Positions 7,760 through 16,769 of a stretch of 64,000 nucleotides of DNA are shown here, one piece after another (positions within the stretch are counted from its first letter, which is position 1; each line of letters starts with the position of its first letter). The notes under the pieces are model-generated. The model was not told the origin of the DNA, ran no database searches, and saw nothing but the letters and a program-made list of their open reading frames with translations. Where the stretch lies: the IMG/VR virus record IMGVR_UViG_3300042261_002390, positions 1-64,000 of that record. One strand, 5' to 3'. The position numbers were made by a program, and so were the translations under genes.

Positions 7760-10171
7760 ATGAAAAGTCATACATCAAAAGAGGCATTATTCGAAAGAAT
7801 GAGAACGTTAGCCGAAGTAAACAAAACATCGCTTAAAGAATCGCTAAATCGTACATTAGGTACGTTGATTGATTATAAAAGAGCAGCAGATGGTGTTGTT
7901 TATGGTATTGTTAAAGAAAATCACCTATATTACATAAAGAAAGGTGGTATTAAATCAGACCCAGACGTAACTGATTTTGCATATATTGGTGGTTTAGCAA
8001 ACATCACTAATTTCCAATATAAATCATTATCTGAAGCAGATAAAAATCGTAATATGCTTTTACATACAATCAATGAAGCATATTCATTGAATATGGGTAA
8101 GAAAAAAATTAATGAAGATGCTGCTGAAGACGAAATCGACAACGCTGAAGCAAGATTAGGTGATTTAGATGCTGCAACTGCTGCAGAAACTGAACCTGAT
8201 GATGTTCAGATGGCTGCTGGATTAGAAGCAGAACCAATGGGTGATGAACCTGCACCAGAAGGCGGTGAAGAAGAATTGCCAGCACCAGAAGGTGAACCTG
8301 CACCAGAAGGCGGTGAAGAATTGCCTACTGACGGCGGTGAAGAAGAATTGCCAGTTGATGGTGAACCTGCACCAGATGGTGAAGAAGAATTACCTACTGA
8401 TGGTGAAGAAGAATTACCTGTTGATGGTGAACCATCACCCGAAGGAGGCGAAGATGAAAATATTCGTGAATTAGAAAAATCTATTGGTAAATTAACCAAT
8501 GTTATTAGAAAAACGGATTTAGAACCAACACAATCAAAATCCTATCTTAAGTCATTGATTCAGTCGTTTAAAGATAAATTACCTGAACTTGAAATTGAAG
8601 ATAGAAAGGAAATTGCAAACATGATTACTAAAGTAGTACCACCTGAAGATGTTGAGGATTTGAGTAGTGTCGTTCCTCAAGACGATGAAGCAGGTATGGA
8701 AGAAGCAGCATGTAATGAATGTGGTAGTTTTGCAAAATATGCAGAATCAAGAGGATATGGTAGCGCAGATGCATTAATGGAATGTGGTGAAGAAGAAGTT
8801 GGTAATCTTGTAAGCGGATATGCTAATGCAAACGCTGAAGGTATGAACGACGGTGACCATGAAAATGTTGCACTTGTAATCAAATTAGTCAATCCTGAAA
8901 TTTTAAATAGTTTAAAGGGTGATTATGGACACGAAGAATATGCAAATAAACTCACACCATATGTTGATTCAATGAACGAAGAAACCGAAGAAGAAGGTTA
9001 CACAAAACTCAACGAATTGTTCGGTAGTTTAGGACGTGGTTTAAAGGGTGCTTTTGGTAAAGTAGGTGGTGATGTTGCAAAAGGTGTTAGCGACAAATAT
9101 ACAGCAGCAAAAGAAAAAGTTCAGCAATATGGTACTGGTGTAAAACAAGCTTACCATCAAGCTAACGTTGGTGCTGAAATCGATAAGCTTGAAACGCAAG
9201 CAAACGAATTAAGACAGCAAGTACTCGCATTAGCAGATAGAGCAAAAAAAGCAGGTCAAACTGACGTTAACGTCAATAGTTTACTTAGAAGTATTGGAAA
9301 TCAAATAGTTACTGGTAACATAAATATTGGTGGTACTAAGGCAGGTTCAACAATTCAAAGAGAAAATATTGACCCGGCAAATATTGAAACGCAATCACTT
9401 TATGAAGAAGATGAAGAAATTGACAATGTTGAAGTTGACGATACCGAAGCTACTGAAGAAAAACCAGAAATTAGTTTTGCACCTGCAGCACAAACATTAG
9501 GTGCTGGTGTAAATAAGCCCGATGGTGCTCCAACAACAATTAGTGTAACTTCAAAAGAAGGTGCTAAAGTTGATGTTAGTTTGAGTGAAGTTGTTAAAAA
9601 GTTAAGAGAAATTGTTGCTGAAGGTAAAGTTAAAGAAGGTAATGCGTTTACTGCTAAATTAGCTAATACTCCAAAAGGTAAGGATTTTAAACTTGGTGAC
9701 AAGAAAATGAAAGATACTTCGGATTACGATAAAGAAAACGTTGAAGAAGCAGCAAAACCATCTGCCGGATTATCGAAAGAAAAGAAATCAGCTATTGTAA
9801 AAAAAGCTAAAGCTGGTGAAGATATTGGTAAGAAGGGAAAGGGTTTTAAAGAAGTCGAAAAAGCAGCAAAAAAAGGTGGTGCTGAAGACCCTAAAGCAGT
9901 AGCTGCAGCAGCTATGTGGAAAAATGTAAAGCGTGAAGGTGTTGAGGCAAAACCAATGAAGAAGAAAATGGAAGAATCTTTCGTAGCAAACAATGGTTTC
10001 ACTGTTGAAAATATCCGAGAATATACTAGACATAGATTAGGTATTTTAAGCGGTAAGGAAAAAGAATCTTTAACAGAAGCATCAACAAATCAAAAATTCG
10101 AAAAAGCATTGAGTATGTTAAACGAAGCAATTGAAAAACAATTCAACGTAGCTAAATCGAAATTTAAATAA
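7760..10171 (+). CDS. Large acidic low-complexity head-associated protein (core/internal protein candidate)
   Basis: 803 aa; leader KEALFERMRTLAE..LKE; Glu/Pro/Gly repeats; late motif at 7710; terminator downstream. Confidence 0.55.
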   Translation: MKSHTSKEALFERMRTLAEVNKTSLKESLNRTLGTLIDYKRAADGVVYGIVKENHLYYIKKGGIKSDPDVTDFAYIGGLANITNFQYKSLSEADKNRNMLLHTINEAYSLNMGKKKINEDAAEDEIDNAEARLGDLDAATAAETEPDDVQMAAGLEAEPMGDEPAPEGGEEELPAPEGEPAPEGGEELPTDGGEEELPVDGEPAPDGEEELPTDGEEELPVDGEPSPEGGEDENIRELEKSIGKLTNVIRKTDLEPTQSKSYLKSLIQSFKDKLPELEIEDRKEIANMITKVVPPEDVEDLSSVVPQDDEAGMEEAACNECGSFAKYAESRGYGSADALMECGEEEVGNLVSGYANANAEGMNDGDHENVALVIKLVNPEILNSLKGDYGHEEYANKLTPYVDSMNEETEEEGYTKLNELFGSLGRGLKGAFGKVGGDVAKGVSDKYTAAKEKVQQYGTGVKQAYHQANVGAEIDKLETQANELRQQVLALADRAKKAGQTDVNVNSLLRSIGNQIVTGNINIGGTKAGSTIQRENIDPANIETQSLYEEDEEIDNVEVDDTEATEEKPEISFAPAAQTLGAGVNKPDGAPTTISVTSKEGAKVDVSLSEVVKKLREIVAEGKVKEGNAFTAKLANTPKGKDFKLGDKKMKDTSDYDKENVEEAAKPSAGLSKEKKSAIVKKAKAGEDIGKKGKGFKEVEKAAKKGGAEDPKAVAAAAMWKNVKREGVEAKPMKKKMEESFVANNGFTVENIREYTRHRLGILSGKEKESLTEASTNQKFEKALSMLNEAIEKQFNVAKSKFK
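8243..8452 (+). repeat. Degenerate coding tandem repeat EPAP(E/D)G(G)EEELP
   Basis: GAACCTGCACCAGAAGGCGGTGAAGAA at ~8246 and ~8294, with variants at ~8365 and ~8429. Confidence 0.85.
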
Positions 10172-10197
10172 TGATTAATTAAATTCAATTCGATAAT

Positions 10198-10223
10198 AAA
10201 AGCCACAGCAATGTGGCTTTTTT
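10198..10223 (+). terminator. Intrinsic terminator
   Basis: AAAAGCCACA-GCAA-TGTGGCTTTTTT. Confidence 0.85.
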
Positions 10224-10253
10224 CGTTTCGAGTATTTATAAAAAAAATTTAAT

Positions 10254-10742
10254 ATGATTTACGATGATGAAAAATTGAAACTAATTTATGTTTTGAAAAT
10301 TGGTTATAATTCAAAAGAAGAAGGGTTGTATGAATTTATATTTTCAACAGACGAAGCCAATATCGATATGGAAGGATGGTGTTGGGATATATCCCCTGCA
10401 TGTGATAATGCAACGCCACCAACTGAAGAATTTTATGATGCAGTTTTTAATTTAAAAACTAAATCATTTGATTTATTCTGCTTACATGAAGCAGTTGATA
10501 GAGAATATATGCATGGGTATTATACTATACACGCATTAGCATATGAAATACCGCCACAAAAAGATGATGAAAACGGTGGATTCAGTGATTATGAAAAAAT
10601 GTTCGAAAACGATAATGACGATTTACCATTATTAGTTTTCCACTATGGCATGTCGTTGAAAAAAATCAAAGATATGCTTGAGCCAAGAAAGATTATTTTA
10701 AAGAACAATGAATTTATTGAGATATCTTCCATGAAATTTTAG
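10254..10742 (+). CDS. Hypothetical protein upstream of terL (terminase small subunit candidate by position only)
   Basis: 162-aa ORF, late motif at 10231, immediately 5' of terminase large subunit; no diagnostic motif. Confidence 0.4.
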   Translation: MIYDDEKLKLIYVLKIGYNSKEEGLYEFIFSTDEANIDMEGWCWDISPACDNATPPTEEFYDAVFNLKTKSFDLFCLHEAVDREYMHGYYTIHALAYEIPPQKDDENGGFSDYEKMFENDNDDLPLLVFHYGMSLKKIKDMLEPRKIILKNNEFIEISSMKF

Positions 10743-10784
10743 TATTTATATATTGAGTTCATCTACCATTCGGAAGAAAGAAAT

Positions 10785-10822
10785 CGAGGCTCGACACGTC
10801 ATCAGAAATGTGTCGAGCCTTG
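10785..10822. other. GC-rich inverted repeat upstream of terL
   Basis: AGGCTCGACAC (10787-10797) / GTGTCGAGCCT (10810-10820), 11-bp perfect stem without a clear U-tract. Confidence 0.8.
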
Positions 10823-10862
10823 CTATTTTATAATTAATAGTATTTATTATAAAAAATTATAA

Positions 10863-12923
10863 ATGACGACTGAACGTAATAACAATACACACGAAAAAGA
10901 AGATATATTTCCTGAACATATTCCAATAATACCATTGGATATTGAGAGAGAAAAAGCCAAAGAACAAGCTAGAAAACTGGCTGATGACTTAAGAAAAAAA
11001 ACAGGAAAAATTGAGCCAATTATAATCACTAAGGCTGGTAAGGCAAAAAAAGCATCGGATTTAATATACTTCGAACAAGAAGACGAAATTATTAGATGCA
11101 TTTCAGACCCGGTGTATTTTATTGAAACCTATCTAACGGTTTTCGACCAAACACAAGGTACTGCTGGTATGATTGTCCCGTTTAAATTATTTGATTTTCA
11201 AAAAGAATTAATACAAACATATCGAGAAAACCGATTTATTGTTGCCAATAAATATCGACAAGCAGGTATTTCAACAACTACATGTGCATATATTGCATGG
11301 TACATAATGTTTAACAATAATAGACAGGTTGCTATTATTGCAAATAAACTAGAAACAGCACGTGATGAAATCATGAGTGATGTTGTATTATTTATTGAAG
11401 GATGTCCGGATTGGTTAAGACCTAAAACAGGTAAAGAAACTAAAGGCAAGTATAAAGACACACAAAAATTAAAAATATACGATAATGACTCAAAGTTGGG
11501 GGCGTTTTCAGCTAAGGGTGGTCTTCGTGGTATGACACCTACACTAATTTTTTGGGATGAAACAGCGTGGACTGAAAAGGGCGATACTTTTTGGACTGCA
11601 GCAAAGCCAACTCTTGGTACTGGTGGTGGTGCAATCATGGTTAGTACTCCGTCCGGGTTAGATGCTGTATTTTATAAACACTTTAATGAAGCACGTAAAG
11701 GTAAAAATAGTTTTAAAGCAGTTGAATTATGGTGGTTTAATGACCCACGCTATAATAAAGGTTTGGAGTGGGTAAAAAACAAAAATAAAGAAAACGAAAT
11801 TAGAATTCAAGATGAAAATTGGGATAAAATCAGAAGAATCCAAATGATGGATGATGGCTGGGAAGCTACATCACCTTGGTTCGAAGAACAAGTAAGGGAT
11901 GCTAACGGTGATATGCGTAAAATTGCACAAGAGTTACTTTGTTCATTCTTAGGTTCTGGTGATAATTTTATTGCTGAAGAGTATTTAAAAAGAATTCAAG
12001 AAAATGAAATAAGAACACCAATCAGACAAGAATATCTTGATTTAAATATGTGGATATTTGAAGACCCACAACCATTAGAAACATATATAATGGCACTAGA
12101 TGCATCTCCGGGTCATGGTGAAGATAATTCAACACTAAATATGTTAAAAACAGTTGAGATTATTGAAGAAAAAATAATCACAAAAAACGGTAAGCCAAAA
12201 AGAGTTAAAATAAAAAGGCATAAAGTAGAACAAGTGGCAGAATACTATGGAAAAGTTTCTCCCCAAATGCTTTCAGAAATTGCTTACCAATATGGCAGAC
12301 GATATAATAATGCATACTGTGTCGTTGATATAACTGGTGGTTACGGTGTTCAAACTGTTGAGAAATTACTTGAAATTGGCTATGAGAACGTTCATTATGC
12401 TGAAGTTACACATAAACCGTCTCGTGATAGATTACAAGGTTATATTAAAAAAGGTCAAAAAGTAATGCCAGATGGTGCAGTAATGAATGTTGACCTAATA
12501 CCGGGTTTCTTTATTGGCAATAACCGTCCATCAGTATTGCTTGAAATGCAAAGAGCTATTCATCTTGAAGATGTTATAATCAGGTCAATTCGATTGTTAG
12601 ATGAATTAAAAACATTTGTTACTGTTCCGGGGAATCGTGTTGCTGACCATAAACGTTCATTCCATGATGATTCAGTGATGGGACTTGCAATCGGATTATT
12701 TGTATTAAATTTTGATATGGCAAGATTTAAGCAAAGTAAAGGTGTGACAGAAAAAATGTTAAATGCAATAATAACTAATAATGAAATAGGGGAGATTGGG
12801 AAAAGAATAGCTGATGATATGGTAAAAAACAACAAACCAATTGTTTCACCAACAAGTGTTTCACCTAACAATCCATATTTAGCACATAATTGGCTATTTA
12901 ACGGATTAAATAGAAGAAACTAA
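10863..12923 (+). CDS. terL: Terminase large subunit (T4 gp17-like)
   Basis: PFKLFDFQ adenine-binding motif, NKYRQAGIST Walker A, LIFWDE Walker B, VSTPSG motif III, ALDASPGHGED and HDDSVM RNase-H-type nuclease motifs. Confidence 0.95.
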   Translation: MTTERNNNTHEKEDIFPEHIPIIPLDIEREKAKEQARKLADDLRKKTGKIEPIIITKAGKAKKASDLIYFEQEDEIIRCISDPVYFIETYLTVFDQTQGTAGMIVPFKLFDFQKELIQTYRENRFIVANKYRQAGISTTTCAYIAWYIMFNNNRQVAIIANKLETARDEIMSDVVLFIEGCPDWLRPKTGKETKGKYKDTQKLKIYDNDSKLGAFSAKGGLRGMTPTLIFWDETAWTEKGDTFWTAAKPTLGTGGGAIMVSTPSGLDAVFYKHFNEARKGKNSFKAVELWWFNDPRYNKGLEWVKNKNKENEIRIQDENWDKIRRIQMMDDGWEATSPWFEEQVRDANGDMRKIAQELLCSFLGSGDNFIAEEYLKRIQENEIRTPIRQEYLDLNMWIFEDPQPLETYIMALDASPGHGEDNSTLNMLKTVEIIEEKIITKNGKPKRVKIKRHKVEQVAEYYGKVSPQMLSEIAYQYGRRYNNAYCVVDITGGYGVQTVEKLLEIGYENVHYAEVTHKPSRDRLQGYIKKGQKVMPDGAVMNVDLIPGFFIGNNRPSVLLEMQRAIHLEDVIIRSIRLLDELKTFVTVPGNRVADHKRSFHDDSVMGLAIGLFVLNFDMARFKQSKGVTEKMLNAIITNNEIGEIGKRIADDMVKNNKPIVSPTSVSPNNPYLAHNWLFNGLNRRN

Positions 12924-13001
12924 ATATTAATTGTATTTATAATATAAACATACTTTTCGAAAATTATTAAGTATTTATAAAAAAATATAATATTTTATAA
13001 A

Positions 13002-15029
13002 ATGGCAGAACAAGAAAAAAAGGGTACAATATATCAACAACTCAATAAACTATTGAATTTAGATGGATTTGGCTTTCAAGATGCACAACCTTCGGTGTCA
13101 CAATCAACGCCTGCGAAAGAAACTAAGGTTATTATCAAAGGTAATAGTCCTGAAGAAATAATGAAAAAAGGTTTGGAGCTTGAGCAAAAACGTGAACTCC
13201 AAAATAAATTTTTTAGGACAACTGATAGAGGATTTCAAAAAGCACTTCAATATGAAGCAGCTAGGCTTCCTGCATATCTCGACTATGAAGGTATGGAATA
13301 TTACCCAATCATCTCATCAGCATTGGATTTATTCATGGAAGAAGCAACTACTATCGGTGTTAATGGTAAAATGTTGAATATCTATTCCAATAAAGAGCGT
13401 ATTAAAACCTTATTGGAGGAATTTTTCTACGATATTGTTGACGTTAATGTAAATTTACCTTTTTGGACTAGAAATATGGTAAAATATGGTGATAATTTTA
13501 TTCTTTTATATGGTGAGAGAAAAAAAGGTATCACACATGTTAAACAATTAGTTAATTACGAAATTGAAAGATTTGAGAGAATTCAAAATGGCGTACCAAT
13601 TGTTAAATTTAAAGAACGTATGACTGGTGATGAATTTAATCTGTTTGAAATAGCACATTTTAGATTACTTGGGGACGATAAATACATTCCTTATGGTTCA
13701 TCAGTTTTAAATAAAATTCGTCGTGTATTTAGACAATTAGTTATGGCTGAAGATGCTATGTTAACTTATCGAATAATACGTGCTGGTGAAAAAAAGGTAT
13801 TTAAAATTGACGTGGGAAATATTGATGAAGACGATATTGAAGATTACATCTATAAAGTAGCCACCAAGTTTAAAAAAATTGCACAAGTAGCACCAAACGA
13901 TGGTCAAATCGACTATAGATTTAATATTCTAGGAAACGATGAAGATTATTTTTTACCTGTAAGAAATGCAAACACTCAAACTGGTATTGATACCCTTCCC
14001 GGGGCATCTAATTTGGATGCTATTCAGGATATAGAATATCTCCGTGATAATTTATTTGTTGGACTTGGTATACCTAAACCATTTTTAAGCTTTCAAGATG
14101 CTGCTGGTGCTGGAAAAAACATGGCACAATACGATATTCGTTTTGCAAAAAAAATCAATCGTATTCAGCAAGCATTGATTCAAGAGTTGAATAAAATGGC
14201 AATGATTCATTTACTTTTATTGGGATATAGTAATGAAGATTTAACCGATTTTCAATTAACATTAACCAATCCATCAGTACAACAAGAATTGATGAAGTCT
14301 GAATTAATGCGAGATAAAGCTCAAACATATACTGAATTAACTCGTGGTGAAAACGGTATTGCTGCAATGTCACATACGAACGCTAAGAGAATGATTTTCA
14401 ACATGAGCGATAAAGAAATCGTTGAAGACTTGAAGCAGCAGAAAATGGAAAAAGTTGTCATGCAAGAACTTGCAGATGCACCAGTTTCAATTAAGAAGAG
14501 TGGTTTATTTACCGACATCGATAAAAGATTTGCAGAACCTGAAGGAGCATTAGGAATGTCACCGTCAGGTGGTACTGAAGCAGGTGGTATGCCACCTGTT
14601 GGTGGCGAATTGGGTGGAGCACCCGGAGCACCAGCATTAGGTGGTGAAATGGGTGGAGCACCAGCATTAGGTACACCTGCCCCAACACCCGGAGCACCTA
14701 TGGGTGGTGGTGAAATCGGAGGCGGTGGTGAAATCCCACCATTAGCTGAATCACAAGGAAAATTATCTTCAGAAGAATTTGCCAAACATGTTGAAAATCT
14801 AGTTTTTGGAAGTAGCTTGAAGATAAACCCAGCTAAAACTAAAAGAACAAGAAAAATAATCAATGAAAATACTGAAACAAACGAAAAGTTAAATAAAAAA
14901 GCACTTAACATGATTAGTGAAATCGATGATATACTAAAAAATTCAGAATCAATCAATAAAAAAAGAGTAACAAAAAATACTGAAAATGTGGATTTGGATG
15001 ACTTAAATGATATTGATATACCTGAATAG
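13002..15029 (+). CDS. Portal protein (T4 gp20-like)
   Basis: EDAMLTYRIIRAGEKKVFKIDVGN, EDYFLPVR, TGIDTLPGASNL, DIEYLRDNLFVGLGIP, DIRFAKKINRIQ match gp20 conserved blocks; follows terL. Confidence 0.95.
   Translation: MAEQEKKGTIYQQLNKLLNLDGFGFQDAQPSVSQSTPAKETKVIIKGNSPEEIMKKGLELEQKRELQNKFFRTTDRGFQKALQYEAARLPAYLDYEGMEYYPIISSALDLFMEEATTIGVNGKMLNIYSNKERIKTLLEEFFYDIVDVNVNLPFWTRNMVKYGDNFILLYGERKKGITHVKQLVNYEIERFERIQNGVPIVKFKERMTGDEFNLFEIAHFRLLGDDKYIPYGSSVLNKIRRVFRQLVMAEDAMLTYRIIRAGEKKVFKIDVGNIDEDDIEDYIYKVATKFKKIAQVAPNDGQIDYRFNILGNDEDYFLPVRNANTQTGIDTLPGASNLDAIQDIEYLRDNLFVGLGIPKPFLSFQDAAGAGKNMAQYDIRFAKKINRIQQALIQELNKMAMIHLLLLGYSNEDLTDFQLTLTNPSVQQELMKSELMRDKAQTYTELTRGENGIAAMSHTNAKRMIFNMSDKEIVEDLKQQKMEKVVMQELADAPVSIKKSGLFTDIDKRFAEPEGALGMSPSGGTEAGGMPPVGGELGGAPGAPALGGEMGGAPALGTPAPTPGAPMGGGEIGGGGEIPPLAESQGKLSSEEFAKHVENLVFGSSLKINPAKTKRTRKIINENTETNEKLNKKALNMISEIDDILKNSESINKKRVTKNTENVDLDDLNDIDIPE
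14575..14745 (+). repeat. Gly/Pro/Ala low-complexity repeat in portal C-terminal tail
   Basis: GGELGGAPGAPALGGEMGGAPALG; GCACCAGCATTAGGT occurs twice. Confidence 0.75.
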
Positions 15030-15109
15030 TACTATCTCATTTATTTTTAGTTAAAAATGTCAACATTTACAGTTAAAATTAGTATTTATTATTAAATCAA
15101 TCTAACAAT

Positions 15110-15889
15110 ATGAAAAACGTCAACATAGGAATTGTTAATTATATAATTTCTAATAAATTAAAGGAATCTTATTTTAGTAATACTTTAATCAATGAATCAA
15201 AGGAAATGACTTTTAATTTTTTAGAGGTTGTGAAAAATTCACCAATTCTACAGCTTGAATTTAAGGTATTTAATAATCTTGAAAATATTCACATTGAAAA
15301 TGATGTTATTGCAGCACGTTATATTGATAACAACATCAAATTATTTGAAGTTTACACTCTTCAAGAAATAAAAGAAGAACATAATAAACTCAAATCATTT
15401 ATTACTGAAAATGTGACATCAATAGATACACATAAATTGCAACTATACAGTTCAATAAATAGATTAATTAAAGAATCACTTAAATTAAGTGATGAAGTTG
15501 ATGTTGATAAAATACATGAATCATTTACATTTGTGTTAAATCATATTAAACAACCAAAAAAATCAAACATCAGCGATATTGATAATACAGTTATCAATGA
15601 AGAGGTTATTGAGATTGCCGTTAATAAATTTAATGAAAAATACGAATCATTAAATGAAGAAGATTTAAATCTCGTACATAACTTAATCAAGCTTAATGAT
15701 GATGATAAGAAAAATTTACTTGAGTCATATAAAGCAGAAACAATATCCTTACTTGAAGGAATTAATAGTGAAGCAGTTAGAGAAAACAAATTGAAATCAA
15801 TTCAAAAGATTACTTCAATGAGTTTTAATCAGTTCAGTGTAGACGATGACATTATCAGTCTACACGAACTTAAGAAAAACTTACTATAA
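15110..15889 (+). CDS. Hypothetical late protein downstream of portal
   Basis: 259-aa helical ORF, late motif at 15081. Confidence 0.6.
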   Translation: MKNVNIGIVNYIISNKLKESYFSNTLINESKEMTFNFLEVVKNSPILQLEFKVFNNLENIHIENDVIAARYIDNNIKLFEVYTLQEIKEEHNKLKSFITENVTSIDTHKLQLYSSINRLIKESLKLSDEVDVDKIHESFTFVLNHIKQPKKSNISDIDNTVINEEVIEIAVNKFNEKYESLNEEDLNLVHNLIKLNDDDKKNLLESYKAETISLLEGINSEAVRENKLKSIQKITSMSFNQFSVDDDIISLHELKKNLL

Positions 15890-16768
15890 TTAACTATATT
15901 TATTACTACTTGCAACATCAGCATTGAATGCGTTAAATTCTGATGTAGGTGCTGACATGTTTAAATGTGTATAATTGAATTTACCATCCAATAGCTTAAA
16001 AATTTTATATACATAGTCAACGCCTTCATTTTCATAACCTATTTTTTTTGACCTTGCAGCAGCAATAGAATCACTATAATTTTGTCTAATATAACCCGGT
16101 CCTCTGTTGTAACCAAATAATACATTACTTGCCAATGAACCATATTTATTGGCAAGATATTTCATATATCTATATTGTGCTTTAATCATTATTTCCGGAT
16201 TATCGATTACGTTTTGATGTAAAATTGGTCTATTCTGTCTACCTAATGCAGTTTTAACTCTTAAATTATCAATATCGTTGTAATTACCGATAAGATTTTT
16301 GGTGATTGCAGCTATTTCATTATCACTCATTTTTATTGAAACATAGCCATCAATATAGCTAGAAGTTTTGATAATAATATCATATATTGCATCTACCAAA
16401 AATTGACTAATACCTGATGCTGTACTAGTTAATGCATAATTCCAAACTTTATATCCAGATTCTTGATATGATTGAGCTGCAATAAAATTAGCATCCATTT
16501 GAAACTCTTTTCCATATTTGTCAAACCAATCTATTAATGCTTCACCCAACTCTTGATTAGTTGTGATTAGCTTACCATTATGTTTGGCATGTGATGTCCA
16601 AATAATAACAGCACCTGCTTCAGGTGTTGGGTAAAATAACGGTAATACGCCGTTTGGATTCTCTTTAGTTTTACTCGTATTTCTACCGGATAGCAATGAA
16701 TTACTACCGCCTGAACAAACTTTCCTAATAAATGATTTGCCGTCTTCTGTTAATTTTACATATGCCAT
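15890..16768 (-). CDS. Lytic transglycosylase (SLT/lysozyme-like), probably virion-associated
   Basis: AAQSYQESG catalytic Glu, ASGISQF, and GYNRGPG motifs of the SLT fold. Confidence 0.85.
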   Translation of the reverse strand: MAYVKLTEDGKSFIRKVCSGGSNSLLSGRNTSKTKENPNGVLPLFYPTPEAGAVIIWTSHAKHNGKLITTNQELGEALIDWFDKYGKEFQMDANFIAAQSYQESGYKVWNYALTSTASGISQFLVDAIYDIIIKTSSYIDGYVSIKMSDNEIAAITKNLIGNYNDIDNLRVKTALGRQNRPILHQNVIDNPEIMIKAQYRYMKYLANKYGSLASNVLFGYNRGPGYIRQNYSDSIAAARSKKIGYENEGVDYVYKIFKLLDGKFNYTHLNMSAPTSEFNAFNADVASSNKYS

Positions 16769-16769
16769 G

